Notes: a model not told the origin generated them from the sequence alone. Positions 38,618-49,610 are shown, counted from the first letter of the stretch. The stretch is DNA of 64,000 nucleotides from Opitutales bacterium (GCA_007280935.1 QYQK01000012.1:1022-65021), one strand, 5' to 3'. A program made the numbers and translations.

Positions 38618-40306
38618 TTAATCTGCGTCCGTAATCGCGCCGTCCGAGGCCGAGGAGACGAGCTTGGCGTACTTGGCCAAAGCTCCGCGCGTTTCTTTGG
38701 GCGGGGAAGGTTTCCAGGACTTCAAGCGGCGGGCGATTTCATCCGCCGGAACAACGAGGTTGATCTCATTCTTTTCCGCGTCGATGACGATACTGTCGCC
38801 GTTCTGGACGATCGCGAGTGCACCGCCGACGGCCGCTTCCGGCGTGATGTGCCCGACGACGAAGCCGTGGCTTCCGCCGGAGAATCGACCATCGGTGATC
38901 AAAGCCACCGTTTTGCCTAGTCCTTTGCCCATCACGGCGCTGGTCGGCCCAAGCATCTCGCGCATGCCAGGTCCGCCTTTAGGCCCTTCATTGCGGATGA
39001 CAATAACGTGACCGTCTTTTACTTCGCCGTCGAGAATGCCGCGCAAGGATCCTTCTTCGGATTCGTAGACGATGGCCTTGCCGGTGAAATTATTCCCTTC
39101 TTTGCCTGAGATCTTGGCGACCGAGCCTTCGGGCGCGAGGTTGCCGCGCAAGATGCGGAGATGGCTGTTGGCCTTAATCGGGTTCGATAAGGGGCGGACG
39201 ACGTCTTGGTCTTGCGCATAACTCCCGACGTTCGCTAGATTTTCAGCGACGGTTTTTCCGGTGACGGTCATGCAGTGCCCGTGCAGCAAGCCGGCATCGA
39301 GCAGCATTTTTAATAGGGGCTGCAGCCCGCCGATCCGCACGAAGTGTGCCATATTATATTTACCGCTGGGCTTGAGGTCGGCCAAGACCGGCACTTTGCG
39401 CCCAACGCGTTCGAAGTCGGCGAGGCTTAATTTGATGCCGGCCGAGTGCGCCATCGCAATCAGATGCAAGACGGCATTGGTCGATCCGCCTAAGGCGATG
39501 ACGACGCTGATGGCATTTTCAAAGGCCGCCATGGAGAGGATATCGGAAGGGCGGATATTGCGTTTGAGCAATTCCAGAACGGCTTTACCAGCGCGTTCGC
39601 AGTCGGCTAACTTATCTTTGGAGTTAGCGAGCTGCGCGGAGCTGTCCGGCAGGCTAAGGCCGAGGGCTTCAATCGCAGACGCCATCGTGTTTGCGGTATA
39701 CATCCCCCCACACGAACCTTCTCCTGGGATGGAACAGGTTTCGATTTCCTTGAGCTCAGCCTCGCCGATTTGCTTGCCGGCATATTTTCCGACGGCTTCG
39801 AAAACGGTAACGATATCGGCGGATTGTCCGCGATGCAGTCCTGGTACGATGGTTCCGCCGTACACAAAGACGGAGGGGCGATTAAGCCGGGCCATGGCCA
39901 TAACGCAGCCCGGCATATTTTTATCGCAGCCGCCGATGGTGACCAGCCCATCGAAGCCTTCGGCGCTGGTGACGGCCTCGACGGAGTCCGCGATGATCTC
40001 GCGGGAGACGAGCGAATAACGCATGCCCGGGGTGCCCATGGAAATACCGTCCGAGACGGTGATGGTGCAAAAGATGATGGCCTTGCCGCCCGCTTCGTCG
40101 GCCCCCTTGGCCGCTTGGGTGGCCAGGCGGTCGATGTGCATATTGCACGGGGTGACCATCGACCACGTGGAGGCAATCCCCACGATGGGCTTATGAAAGT
40201 CCGCATCGGTGAAGCCTACGGCCCGCAGCATAGCTCGGCTGGGTGCGCGGTCGGGGCCGTCGACAACGATGGCTGAGTGGTGGCGGGTGGAATGGGCGTC
40301 GGTCAT
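38618..40306 (-). CDS. ilvD: Dihydroxy-acid dehydratase
   Basis: 562-aa ORF with PIVGIASTWSMVTPCNMH, GCDKNMPG and TDGRFSGGSHG motifs. Confidence 0.95.
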   Translation of the reverse strand: MTDAHSTRHHSAIVVDGPDRAPSRAMLRAVGFTDADFHKPIVGIASTWSMVTPCNMHIDRLATQAAKGADEAGGKAIIFCTITVSDGISMGTPGMRYSLVSREIIADSVEAVTSAEGFDGLVTIGGCDKNMPGCVMAMARLNRPSVFVYGGTIVPGLHRGQSADIVTVFEAVGKYAGKQIGEAELKEIETCSIPGEGSCGGMYTANTMASAIEALGLSLPDSSAQLANSKDKLADCERAGKAVLELLKRNIRPSDILSMAAFENAISVVIALGGSTNAVLHLIAMAHSAGIKLSLADFERVGRKVPVLADLKPSGKYNMAHFVRIGGLQPLLKMLLDAGLLHGHCMTVTGKTVAENLANVGSYAQDQDVVRPLSNPIKANSHLRILRGNLAPEGSVAKISGKEGNNFTGKAIVYESEEGSLRGILDGEVKDGHVIVIRNEGPKGGPGMREMLGPTSAVMGKGLGKTVALITDGRFSGGSHGFVVGHITPEAAVGGALAIVQNGDSIVIDAEKNEINLVVPADEIARRLKSWKPSPPKETRGALAKYAKLVSSASDGAITDAD

Positions 40307-40420
40307 GGGTGTGAAAAGTCTGCGGTTGTCAGTCGGTTATTGCCCCCTAATAAAAGGGTAGGGAGCGGACATTGAGCCGCACTTACCCTGCCGACAACCC
40401 GATTTAAAAACCTCCTTCCC

Positions 40421-41188
40421 GTGGAATTCAATCTTAAGAAAGTTATCAAGGCGCTCCTGTTCTCGACCTCGGAGGCGGTGTCCATCAAGGACATCCAGAA
40501 GGTCGTGCACCGGTACCACGCCCAAGCGGCCCCGATTAATCCCGAGGAGCGTCCCGAGGGTCAGCCCGAAACGGCCGCAGTTGCTCCTGTCCAAGAGATC
40601 ATCCAAGACATCATCGACCAAGTGCCTACTTTGCTTACGGCTACTCAGATTCGCGAGGCCGTCGATGCCTTGGAGGTCGAGATGCGTGAGGCCAATGATT
40701 CCTGTCGCATCTTGCAAGGGCCTGAAGGCTTTCGCTTGGTGATCTCTCCCGCCTATGCCGATTGGGTGCGTCTGCTTCGTGGGGAACCTCGCCCGCAACG
40801 CCTAAGTCCGGCGGCGCTCGAAACGCTTTCCATCGTGGCTTACCGCCAACCGGTGACACGTTCCGAGATGGAGGCCATACGCGGCGTTTCGATCGACAGT
40901 GCTTTGACGCGACTTTTAGAACTCGAGCTGGTCGCCGTGACGGGTCGGGCCGAACTTCCCGGCCGTCCGATTCAATACGGCACGACCGACCACTTCCTTG
41001 ATTTCACCGGCCTGCGTTCTTTGGGCGAATTGCCTGCTTCGGACGTGCTGTCTCCTGCTCAGATTTCGGAATGGATCACGCGGGCGACGACGCCGGTCAA
41101 TGTCGGCGATGCTGAGATGGGCTTGCCTTTGGACGATCAATCCTCCGCCGCGGTCGCCACCGAAGAACCTCCGCCCCCGGTCGCATGA
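40421..41188 (+). CDS. scpB: Segregation and condensation protein B
   Basis: 255-aa ORF with a GTG start. It has IKALLFSTSEAVSIKDI and LETLSIVAYRQPVTRSEMEAIRGV motifs. Confidence 0.85.
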   Translation: MEFNLKKVIKALLFSTSEAVSIKDIQKVVHRYHAQAAPINPEERPEGQPETAAVAPVQEIIQDIIDQVPTLLTATQIREAVDALEVEMREANDSCRILQGPEGFRLVISPAYADWVRLLRGEPRPQRLSPAALETLSIVAYRQPVTRSEMEAIRGVSIDSALTRLLELELVAVTGRAELPGRPIQYGTTDHFLDFTGLRSLGELPASDVLSPAQISEWITRATTPVNVGDAEMGLPLDDQSSAAVATEEPPPPVA

Positions 41189-42252
41189 GTTTGGAAAACC
41201 ATCGTCGGGAGGTCGATCGTATCGATCGGGAGATTTTACAGCTCATCGGGCAGCGGTTGAATGTCGCTAAGTCCATCGGCGAAGCTAAGCAAAAAACCGG
41301 TGCGGCCGTCTATTCTCCGCAACGCGAAGAGCAACTGCTCCGCTCTTTAACCGAGGCCGCTCCGGGAATCCCTGCCTCAGGCTTGCGGGCGATTTACCGC
41401 GAAATCATCTCACTCTCCATTGGGGCGCAGATGGCCAAGCCAGTGGCTTACCTCGGCCCCGAAGGCTCTTTCACGCAACAAGCCGAAGTCAGGGCGTTTG
41501 GCTCCAGCGTCCCGTCGCTGCCCCTGCGCACCATCGCCGATATTTTTGCCGCCGTTGAATCCGGCGAGGCGACTTACGGCGTCGTTCCGGTGGAGAATTC
41601 TACCGAGGGCGTGGTCAGTCATTCACTCGATCTTTTGGCTGAGTCCGAACTAAAGGTGGTCGCGCAGGTGACCCTTTCGGTCGAGCAATGCCTGGTCGGA
41701 CATGGCACCTTAGCCGATATCACCCACGTCCTGTCTAAGGATATCGCGTTGGCGCAATGCCGCGGCTGGCTCTCGCGTCACCTGCCGAATGCGGTCCTGG
41801 TGGAGACGGATAGCACGGCGGCAGCGGTAGAGAAAGTCGCCCGTGAACCCAAAGGCCAGGCGGCCGTCGCTTCTTCTTCCGCCGCGGAGTCTCGCGGAGT
41901 GCCTATTCTCTCTCGTGGAATCCAAGATCGCCGCGATAATGCGACCCGCTTCTTCATCATCGGTCAGGGTGCCAATCCGCCAGGTGATACGCCGGAAGTG
42001 ACGAGCGTGGTGTTAACTTTGAAACATGAGCCTGGCTCATTGCAGGGAGCACTTAGTGCTTTTTCAGACCGCGGCATCAATCTAATCCGGATCGAATCTC
42101 GGCCAAGTCGTCGGCAGGCCTGGGAGTACCAATTCTTCATTGATTTTCCAGGGCATTGGGACTCTCCGGCGGTGCAAGCCGCCGTGACGGAATTGAAAGG
42201 CCGCTGCGAAGTCGTCAAATGGTTGGGCAGCTACCCGCAATCAGCCGGATGA
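41185..42252 (+). CDS. pheA: Chorismate mutase / prephenate dehydratase (P-protein)
   Basis: 355-aa ORF. The N-terminal CM_2 helix is REVDRIDREILQLIGQRLNVAKSIG. It also has a PDT domain (VPVENSTEGVV) and a C-terminal ACT (IESRPS). It has an ATGA overlap with scpB. Confidence 0.9.
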   Translation: MSLENHRREVDRIDREILQLIGQRLNVAKSIGEAKQKTGAAVYSPQREEQLLRSLTEAAPGIPASGLRAIYREIISLSIGAQMAKPVAYLGPEGSFTQQAEVRAFGSSVPSLPLRTIADIFAAVESGEATYGVVPVENSTEGVVSHSLDLLAESELKVVAQVTLSVEQCLVGHGTLADITHVLSKDIALAQCRGWLSRHLPNAVLVETDSTAAAVEKVAREPKGQAAVASSSAAESRGVPILSRGIQDRRDNATRFFIIGQGANPPGDTPEVTSVVLTLKHEPGSLQGALSAFSDRGINLIRIESRPSRRQAWEYQFFIDFPGHWDSPAVQAAVTELKGRCEVVKWLGSYPQSAG

Positions 42253-43184
42253 GTCGCCGCGCCCTAGGTGGCGTCATTATCACGGTGCTCGCCGTCACCG
42301 TGGGAGCTTCGATTTGGGCCTGGTGGTCCGCGTGGTCCGCCCCTTTGGTCAGCGTGGTCTTTCGCCCGACTTTTTCGGTGGAAGGGATTTCCACTGGCAC
42401 GCCCGTCCGCGTCAAGGGTGTCGTGGTCGGCCAAGTGGTTTCGTTAGGATTACGTTTGGATGCGGAGGGAAGGTTGCGACCCGAGGTCAATCTCACGCTC
42501 GACCCCGCCACGCTCGAAGACCGAGGCTTTGCCGATCGGTTGCGGGGCGATCAATTGCATACCGAGGTCGAGCGTGGCTTGCGCGTCCGCTTGGTGTCGG
42601 TGAATCCGGCCTCTGGATTGTTGCAAGTCGAGTTGGTGTGGGATGCGACCGTGCCACCGCCCTCCCGCCTGGCCCGCCATGAAATCGCCCCTCTGGGTGG
42701 CACGATGCAGGGTGCGATGGAACGCATCGTTAAAGAGTTAGATTGGGTTTCGAGCCGCGACTTTGCGCAGATCGCCGCAGATATGGAAAGCGAGCTGGAT
42801 AATTATTTCCCGAAATCAAACCCCGAGCACGCGGCCCGGTTTTCGGCGGTCTTGGAGAAAAAAACTTTAGCCATCGCTGAAGCGACCGCCCCCGAATCGC
42901 TGGGGGCCAAGGCGGCTGAACTGCAAATCGCTTGCGCCCGCTTGCGTCAGTCGGTCGAAGCGGCTGACCGCACCATGGATGGGGAGTCGCTTGCTCTCCT
43001 GCAGGTCCGTTTGGCCGATGCCGGGGCGGCGATGGCCTCCTTTTCGGCTTCCTTGGAGGGGTCGAAGGCCAAGATGACGGAATCTGCTGCCGAGGTCACG
43101 GGAGTCTTTAAGTCGATTTCAGAATTGGCCCAGGCGTGGTCGAAGAAAGCGCGACGTTTGACGACCGAGCCGCTCCCTCGCTGA
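42249..43184 (+). CDS. MCE/MlaD-domain membrane protein with a helical C-terminal extension
   Basis: ORF 42156..43184. The ATG at 42249 forms an ATGA overlap with pheA. It has an N-terminal TM helix followed by an MCE-like beta domain (GTPVRVKGVVVGQVVSLGL). Confidence 0.65.
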   Translation: MSRRALGGVIITVLAVTVGASIWAWWSAWSAPLVSVVFRPTFSVEGISTGTPVRVKGVVVGQVVSLGLRLDAEGRLRPEVNLTLDPATLEDRGFADRLRGDQLHTEVERGLRVRLVSVNPASGLLQVELVWDATVPPPSRLARHEIAPLGGTMQGAMERIVKELDWVSSRDFAQIAADMESELDNYFPKSNPEHAARFSAVLEKKTLAIAEATAPESLGAKAAELQIACARLRQSVEAADRTMDGESLALLQVRLADAGAAMASFSASLEGSKAKMTESAAEVTGVFKSISELAQAWSKKARRLTTEPLPR

Positions 43185-43235
43185 GGGAACAGGCTTGCGG
43201 CGGACCGTCTGAAAGGGGATAGGTGAAGCCCTCCT

Positions 43236-44738
43236 ATGGCTGACCCGACCGACAAGATGGAATCCATCATCAACCTGTGCAAGCGCCGCGGGTTCGTCTT
43301 TCCTTCCTCCGATATCTATGGAGGGTTTAACGGTTTTTTTGACTACGGCCCCTTGGGCGTCGAATTGAAGAATAATATCAAAAAAGCCTGGTGGCAGGAT
43401 TTCGTCCATCGACGCGATGATATTGTGGGCTTGGATTCCAGCATTATCCATCACCCGACGACGTGGAAGGCCTCCGGCCATATCGAGAATTTCACCGACC
43501 CGTTAGTCGATTGTAAGGAGTCCAAGATGCGTTACCGGGCGGACCAACTTTTCTTCGCCCCCGTGCGCGTGGGCGGCGAGACGATTGGTTACGTTTCCGT
43601 CCTCGAAGATGACGGTATGCAGGCCAAGGCCGAAGAGATGGCCCATGATATGAAACGCAAGTTAGCCAAGCAAGGGGCGCTCGAGCCTTTGGTGCTGAAA
43701 GATTATACCGAGGCCAAGCCGGAAGAGCACGCCCTCGTGCCGTCGCCGGCCACCGGTAAGCCGGGCTCACTCACGCCTCCCCGCTCGTTCAACATGATGT
43801 TCCAGACTTATGTGGGGGCGATGCAGGATGCTTCGGCCATCGCCTTCTTACGTCCCGAAACCGCCCAAGGGATTTTTATCAATTTCAAGAATGTTGTCGA
43901 TACGGGCCGGGTGAAGGTACCATTCGGTATCGCCCAAATCGGGAAGGCTTTTCGTAATGAGATTAACCCGCGTAATTTCATCTTCCGTTCCCGCGAGTTC
44001 GAACAGATGGAAATCGAATATTTCATCTCCCCGTCGGCGGACTGGGAAGTCGCCCACAAAGATTGGATCGAAGGCTGTCTGGCTTGGTTCGAATCGATTG
44101 GGATTCCGCGGGCGAAGCTGTCCCTTTACCCGCACCCCCAGGAAAAGTTGGCCCACTATTCGAAGGGGACGACGGACATCATGTTCGAGTTTCCTTTCGG
44201 CGTCCAAGAGCTACAAGGCGTCGCCGCTCGCGGTGATTTCGACTTAACCCAGCACAGCACAGTCTCAGGCCAGAAGCTTGATTGGTTCGATGAATTGGCT
44301 AAGTCCCGATTTATTCCCCATGTGATCGAACCGTCTGTCGGCGTCGACCGAGTTTTCCTGGCCTTGCTGACTACCGCTTATCATGAAGATGAGATTGAAG
44401 GCGAAAAGCGCGTGGTCTTGCGGCTGCCTCCGCGGGTCGCGCCTTTCAAGGCCGCGATTTTCCCGCTCGTTAAGAATAAGCCGGAGCTCGTCGAGCGGGC
44501 CGAAGCCTTGTATCGCCGGCTTAAGAAGCGATTTAATGTCTTCTACGATTCCGCCGGCGCCATCGGCCGGCGCTACCGTCGCCAAGACGAAATTGGCACG
44601 CCTTATGGCATCACCATCGATTTTGAGACCATCGAGAAAGACGCCGGCGTGACGGTCCGCGACCGCGATACGCTGGTGCAGGTGCGGATGACCGAAGACG
44701 AATTGGTACGCTTCTTGGACGAGAAAGTTAACGGGTAA
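43236..44738 (+). CDS. glyQS: Glycine--tRNA ligase (single-chain, class II)
   Basis: 500-aa ORF with [23 protein letters not shown] and EPSVGVDR motifs. Confidence 0.95.
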   Translation: MADPTDKMESIINLCKRRGFVFPSSDIYGGFNGFFDYGPLGVELKNNIKKAWWQDFVHRRDDIVGLDSSIIHHPTTWKASGHIENFTDPLVDCKESKMRYRADQLFFAPVRVGGETIGYVSVLEDDGMQAKAEEMAHDMKRKLAKQGALEPLVLKDYTEAKPEEHALVPSPATGKPGSLTPPRSFNMMFQTYVGAMQDASAIAFLRPETAQGIFINFKNVVDTGRVKVPFGIAQIGKAFRNEINPRNFIFRSREFEQMEIEYFISPSADWEVAHKDWIEGCLAWFESIGIPRAKLSLYPHPQEKLAHYSKGTTDIMFEFPFGVQELQGVAARGDFDLTQHSTVSGQKLDWFDELAKSRFIPHVIEPSVGVDRVFLALLTTAYHEDEIEGEKRVVLRLPPRVAPFKAAIFPLVKNKPELVERAEALYRRLKKRFNVFYDSAGAIGRRYRRQDEIGTPYGITIDFETIEKDAGVTVRDRDTLVQVRMTEDELVRFLDEKVNG

Positions 44739-46416
44739 CCGTTAAGCTATATTCCAGGTCGCTCGCCAATCCTGCCAATCTCCGGCGGCCACACAGGCTG
44801 GCGGCGATGGCAAGGTTATGTAAGCCCTGCGGCAGGTGCGCCAAGTATTCCGGGCGACCCTTCTTAGTCCCGAGGAATCCGTAGGCGCCGCAGGCCTGCA
44901 GAAGACGTTGCGTCGCCGCCACGTGCAAGAGGTGCGTGAATTCATCTCGCGAACCTTTCCAGTCCGAAGCTTCGCGCGCATGGTCCTCGATTTCGACCCG
45001 CCAGAGATCCATGTCCTTGCGGGTAAGATAAGGGTCATAGGCGAGCGAGGCGAAGTCATAGAAGGCGCAACCTTTGCGCATGCCCTGGAAATCGATAAGC
45101 CAAGCCGCGTCATCGCGGACCAGGATGTTCTGGGATTGGAAGTCACGATGGACGGCGACCGGCGGCTGGCCGAGCAGTTCCCGAGCCAGTGATTCCATTT
45201 CCTGGAGGACGCTCCGGTCGAATTTCTTTCCAGCCAAGACGTTATCTTGGAAGTATTGCCGCTCCCATTGATAAAGGGCGGGGGAGAAGGGCTCCATGAG
45301 TGTGATGCCCGCGTTGGTGGCGGCTTCGAGTCCGAGCTGGTGGATTTTGACGACTTGTTCGATGGCAGAGCCAAAGGCGGACCACGGGAAGCCCGGCCCC
45401 TGGGACAGCGACCAAAGGTCATCCGAGCCAAGATCTTCAAGCAGAAGGATTCCGCGATCATGGTCTTCCGCGATGACGGTTGGGACGTTGACGGCGGCTT
45501 GGCCGAGTAAGGCGTGCGCGATGCTGCCGTAGATCAGATTTTCAGGTCGGCTATCATCGTACACGCAAAGAATGGCTTCTTTGCCGGCAGAATTCGAGAC
45601 GCGATGAAATTTACGTCCCGAACCTCCCTTGAGCATCTTGCCTCCGTCTACTAAGCTGTAACCGAGATGGGTGGCGGCTTCGGCCGGTGTTAACGCGCCC
45701 CGGACCGGTTTTTCAAGTTGGGCCTTGATGGTGTTGTATTCTTCGATGGTCCCGAGATCGTGCCAGTGAGGCGATGAATCCAAATAAGCTTGGATACTTT
45801 CAGGCTGGGCGGGGATCTTACGCAAAAAGTGCTCAACGATGGACTCGATAGCGGGCGGAATACCTTGAGCAAAAGCTCGGGTCACGATGCAGATACCGGT
45901 GTATTGATAAGCGCGATCGGTTTTTCCGAGCCGATCGCGTAAGTCGGTGACCCTACCTTCGTCGGTCACGCGGACATTGCAGTTAGGCCCTTGCGCCCGT
46001 ACGACCAGGGTGGCCTCAGCCCCATCTCCTTGGTGGTGGGCGTAGGCTTCGCTGACATTGCAGCTCGATAAGATATCTCCATTCCAGATGACCAAATCGC
46101 TCTCATCCTCAGCCAGGAGCGCCGCAATGTTGGCCAGACCTCCGCCTGTCTCGAGTAGCGTGGGTTCAAAGACGAATTTTACTTCGGCCCCGCCATAGGT
46201 GTTGGCCGGAAAAGCGGAATTCCATGCCGCTGGGCAATGGTGAGTGTTGATGATGAATCTCCGTGTGCCCGCCGCGATGAGGCGATCCATCGCCTGCATC
46301 ACCATGGGCTTGCCCGCGAGGGGGAGTAAAGGTTTGGGGCAACTTTCGGTGAGAGGCCGAAGGCGGGTGCCGAGTCCGGCACCGAGGATGAAAGCCGACC
46401 GGGGAAAGTTAGGCAT
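44728..46416 (-). CDS. Fusion of a MurU-like sugar-1-phosphate nucleotidyltransferase (N) and an AmgK-like anomeric sugar kinase (C)
   Basis: 562-aa ORF. The N-terminal NTP-transferase region has [28 protein letters not shown]...LETGGG. The C-terminal APH-type kinase region has [11 protein letters not shown]...[24 protein letters not shown]. Confidence 0.7.
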   Translation of the reverse strand: MPNFPRSAFILGAGLGTRLRPLTESCPKPLLPLAGKPMVMQAMDRLIAAGTRRFIINTHHCPAAWNSAFPANTYGGAEVKFVFEPTLLETGGGLANIAALLAEDESDLVIWNGDILSSCNVSEAYAHHQGDGAEATLVVRAQGPNCNVRVTDEGRVTDLRDRLGKTDRAYQYTGICIVTRAFAQGIPPAIESIVEHFLRKIPAQPESIQAYLDSSPHWHDLGTIEEYNTIKAQLEKPVRGALTPAEAATHLGYSLVDGGKMLKGGSGRKFHRVSNSAGKEAILCVYDDSRPENLIYGSIAHALLGQAAVNVPTVIAEDHDRGILLLEDLGSDDLWSLSQGPGFPWSAFGSAIEQVVKIHQLGLEAATNAGITLMEPFSPALYQWERQYFQDNVLAGKKFDRSVLQEMESLARELLGQPPVAVHRDFQSQNILVRDDAAWLIDFQGMRKGCAFYDFASLAYDPYLTRKDMDLWRVEIEDHAREASDWKGSRDEFTHLLHVAATQRLLQACGAYGFLGTKKGRPEYLAHLPQGLHNLAIAASLCGRRRLAGLASDLEYSLTVTR

Positions 46417-46885
46417 GAGCGGTTAGGTTGCAGGTGGGGCAGATGCCGTAGATTTCCATGATGTGAGTAAGGTCGGAGAAGCCGCTGCTACGAGCCGCGC
46501 TTTCGAGCCGCGAAGTGTCACAGCCCGGAAGTCGATCGATGCGGCCACAACGGCGGCAGATGATATGGTGATGGTGGTGGCCGGCCGCGATGAGGGCATA
46601 AAGGCTACGACCTCTTTCCAGGGGGTGCCGTTGGACGATGCCCGCCTCATCGAGGGCTTCGAGGCCACGATAGACCGTGACAAGGTCGAGGGCGCCATCG
46701 CCGGCCGAAGAATGGATTTCTTCGGCGCTGAGAGGGCCCTTGGCTTCCGCGAGGACCTTTAGCATGGCCAGACGAGGGGTCGTCACACGAAGGGATTTTT
46801 CCTTCATGCGGCCAACGGCTGCTTCGATGCGGGTATGGGGACCTTCTCCGCAGCAGCCTTCTTCGTGGCGGTGACCTTGAGGCAT
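46409..46885 (-). CDS. Fur-family metalloregulator (Fur/Zur/PerR type)
   Basis: 158-aa ORF with an ATG at 46885 and an alternative ATG at 46807. It has a wHTH ([14 protein letters not shown]), [13 protein letters not shown] and a C-terminal CPTC. The N-terminal extension is [17 protein letters not shown]. Confidence 0.85.
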   Translation of the reverse strand: MPQGHRHEEGCCGEGPHTRIEAAVGRMKEKSLRVTTPRLAMLKVLAEAKGPLSAEEIHSSAGDGALDLVTVYRGLEALDEAGIVQRHPLERGRSLYALIAAGHHHHHIICRRCGRIDRLPGCDTSRLESAARSSGFSDLTHIMEIYGICPTCNLTAHA

Positions 46886-46973
46886 GGCCTACAGGTTTGG
46901 GGGCGTTTATGACGTGGCAACACCGAATGGCCACTTGCCTCCCGTCCGGGTCTGGTTTGGCTGTCTTACGTCC

Positions 46974-48101
46974 ATGTCCGACTGTTCTGCCAAGCCTTCG
47001 GCCCCAAGCCGTGAACTCTGCCCGGTGGCCTACGCCGATTTCAAGTCGGTCGATAGCTTTCCGTTAGAGCTGGGTGGTGAATTGCCCGCCCTCAGTCTTC
47101 GTTACGAAACCTATGGGACTTTGCTCCCCGATAAATCCAATGCGATCTTAGTGCCTCATGCCCTGAGCGGGGATCACCACGTGGCGGGCCGTTATCTTCC
47201 AGATGATACGAAGCCCGGATGGTGGGATTGTTTTGTCGGCCCAGGCAAGGCCATCGACACCGACCGCTTTTATGTCATCGGCATTAATTGCATCGGTGGC
47301 TGTCAGGGTTCGACTGGGCCGATTTCCATCGATCCGCGTACGGGTAAGGCCTACGGCGGTTTTTTCCCGGAAATCACCTTGGGCGATATCGTCCGAGCTC
47401 AACGCTTGGTCATCCAGCATCTTGGCATCAAGAAACTGCATGCAGTGGTCGGCGGTTCAATGGGCGGCATGCAGGCATTAATTTGGTGCGCAGACTATCC
47501 CGCCGAGGTGGGTCGCATCGCCGTGTTGGCGGCAGGCTTGAGTCAATCGCCGATGGCGATAGCTTTGAACGCAGTTTCCCGTGCCTGCGTGGAAACGGAT
47601 CCGAATTTTTGCGGCGGCCATTACGCCCCCGGGGAAGGGCCCGTCTCGGGCCTGGCAGTGGGCCGGATGCTCGCCCATATTAGTTACCTTTCTTCCGCTT
47701 CTTTTGAACAGAAATTCGGCCGGGCCCGCGTGCTCGGCGCCCAGCCCAACAATCCAGTCTTCTGGCAGGTCGAAAGCTACCTCGAACATCAAGGGCAGTC
47801 TTTCGTGAAGCGCTTCGATGCTAATAGTTGGCTGCGGATTACGAGGGCGGTCGACCGTTTTGACATGACGGCCCGAGCCGCCGCCGGGTCGCTTTTCTGC
47901 GCCCATGGTCCGGATGTGCTCGCCATCGGTTTTTCGAGCGACTGGCTCTATCCTACGAGTGAGCTGCGGATGCTTTTAGCCGCCGCGACCGCCGTCGGCG
48001 TCAACGCGGCCTACCACGAGGTGATCACGGATGCCGGCCACGATGGCTTCCTGCTTCCTGATACCGGGCTGACCGTTCGTCTCCACGCCTTCCTGGGCTG
48101 A
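46974..48101 (+). CDS. metX: Homoserine O-acetyltransferase
   Basis: ORF 46884..48101 with an ATG at 46974. It has LRYETYGTL...NAILVPHALSGDHHVAG and GGSMGGMQAL (nucleophile elbow) motifs. Confidence 0.9.
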   Translation: MSDCSAKPSAPSRELCPVAYADFKSVDSFPLELGGELPALSLRYETYGTLLPDKSNAILVPHALSGDHHVAGRYLPDDTKPGWWDCFVGPGKAIDTDRFYVIGINCIGGCQGSTGPISIDPRTGKAYGGFFPEITLGDIVRAQRLVIQHLGIKKLHAVVGGSMGGMQALIWCADYPAEVGRIAVLAAGLSQSPMAIALNAVSRACVETDPNFCGGHYAPGEGPVSGLAVGRMLAHISYLSSASFEQKFGRARVLGAQPNNPVFWQVESYLEHQGQSFVKRFDANSWLRITRAVDRFDMTARAAAGSLFCAHGPDVLAIGFSSDWLYPTSELRMLLAAATAVGVNAAYHEVITDAGHDGFLLPDTGLTVRLHAFLG

Positions 48102-49547
48102 TCAAAGCCAAGGGGCCAGGACTTTGGAGATACTTTCCACCGTGCGCCCCAGCCGCGTTCGGCTTTGGCGATAAAGGTCTTCGGAGTAATGAGACGATTC
48201 GACCTCCCATGAGCCTATCAGGGCGTTGACCGTTTCGATCGCCGCTGGGTCGCGGACCACGGCACCGATTTCATAATTCAAGAACAGCGAGCGCATGTCG
48301 AGGTTGGCTGAACCGACGACCAGGTGCGCGTCATCCACGATGACGAGTTTCGCGTGCAAGACATCCGGCTTAAAAAATAAAATATCAGCCCCCGCGTCGC
48401 GTAACATCCGCAGGTACCATCGTCGGGCGAGATCGAGTAGCCGATGGTCTGATCGGCGAGGTACCATGATTCGCACGTGACGGCCGGCTTGGGCGGCGGT
48501 GACGAGTAGGGAGAAGAGCACGCGGTCCGGCACGAAGTAAGGCGTGACGATAGTGATCGAGCGCTTGCAGTTCGAAAACAACTGGACGTAAGCATCCCAA
48601 AGCGGATCCTGTTCGCAATCGGGTCCCGAGGCGATGATGGCGACCCGGGCTTGGCCAACGGGGCGTGGTCGTTCGCGGAGCTGAGTCGCAAAATTCATGG
48701 GAGGTTCGTCCGTCGCTTGGCACCAATCAGCGATAAAGATGCGTTCGATCGAAGCGGCCGTCGGGCCTTCGATGCTGAACGAGCAATCGCGGAAGCGTCG
48801 ATTCGAAGGGGATTCGCCCATGTACTTCAACCCAAGATTTTGCCCGCCAATGATGGCGGTCGTGCCGTCAAAAACCGCGATCTTACGATGGTTGCGCCAA
48901 TTCGCCGAACCTTTGCCGCGCATGGGTAGTGCGGGGTTAAAGCGAGCGATTTGTCCGCCGGCTCGATGGAGTGGCCGGCAGAGTGTCAGCGGTATGCCCC
49001 AACTTCCGATGGCGTCGACCAAGAGGCGCACTTCGATGCCGGCCTTGGCGCGGGCGGCGAGGAGGCTCACGATTTCGCGCCCGACGGCGTCGTTGCTCAA
49101 AATGTAAGTAGAGATGTAGATTCGCTTTTGCGCGCCGCGGATTTGAGTCCGTAAGGCTTCAAGGGTGTCGCGCCCATGGCGATCACCGAGGAGACGAAAA
49201 TTATTGCCGCCGAAATCCGGCTCTTCGCTCAGCCGCCAAGCCACCCGGTTCACTTCTTTTTTTGCATCCGCCAGCGACGAATGCTTCCGGCCCCCAAAGA
49301 GGTAGATAATCAGCGCGGTGATGATCGGGAAAAAGTATGCCAGCGGCCCCCAAAGTAGTAGATAGGCTGGGGAGACGCGGGCCCGCATTATGCGCAGTAG
49401 TACGTAGACTTGGCAACCAGTGCGCAGCGCTGTCATCGCCCCGTCGGAAATGAGCTGGGTCCATTCCGCGATCAGTACGACCACGGTCGTCAGTAGCGCC
49501 AGCGTCGAGCTGCGGGTCAGACGACCGTATCCCTGGAAAGGATCCAT
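48102..49547 (-). CDS. cls: Cardiolipin synthase
   Basis: 481-aa ORF. It has two N-terminal TM helices and two HKD motifs (NHRKIAVFDG and LHAKLVIVDD). Confidence 0.9.
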   Translation of the reverse strand: MDPFQGYGRLTRSSTLALLTTVVVLIAEWTQLISDGAMTALRTGCQVYVLLRIMRARVSPAYLLLWGPLAYFFPIITALIIYLFGGRKHSSLADAKKEVNRVAWRLSEEPDFGGNNFRLLGDRHGRDTLEALRTQIRGAQKRIYISTYILSNDAVGREIVSLLAARAKAGIEVRLLVDAIGSWGIPLTLCRPLHRAGGQIARFNPALPMRGKGSANWRNHRKIAVFDGTTAIIGGQNLGLKYMGESPSNRRFRDCSFSIEGPTAASIERIFIADWCQATDEPPMNFATQLRERPRPVGQARVAIIASGPDCEQDPLWDAYVQLFSNCKRSITIVTPYFVPDRVLFSLLVTAAQAGRHVRIMVPRRSDHRLLDLARRWYLRMLRDAGADILFFKPDVLHAKLVIVDDAHLVVGSANLDMRSLFLNYEIGAVVRDPAAIETVNALIGSWEVESSHYSEDLYRQSRTRLGRTVESISKVLAPWL

Positions 49548-49582
49548 TCCTGCACGATAGACGTTACGTGGCCTATGGGTAC

Positions 49583-49610
49583 AAAAAAAGACCCCGGTTG
49601 CCCGGGGTCT
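49583..49610 (-). terminator. Intrinsic terminator after rpsA
   Basis: The hairpin AGACCCCGG-ttgc-CCGGGGTCT (49589-49610) is followed on the minus strand by TTTTTTT (49583-49589, overlapping the base of the stem), 24 nt downstream of the rpsA stop. Confidence 0.75.

Noticed and set aside
39261-40019. 252-aa plus-strand ORF
   Set aside because: It is antisense to ilvD, whose identity is unambiguous. The translation is S/P/A/R-rich low complexity.
46886-46973. SAM riboswitch upstream of metX
   Set aside because: The region is only 88 nt and is shared with the divergent fur-family promoter. I could not recognise the conserved SAM-I or SAM-II core sequences or a convincing pseudoknot or terminator by eye. 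A covariance-model scan (Rfam RF00162, RF00521) would be needed to revisit this.
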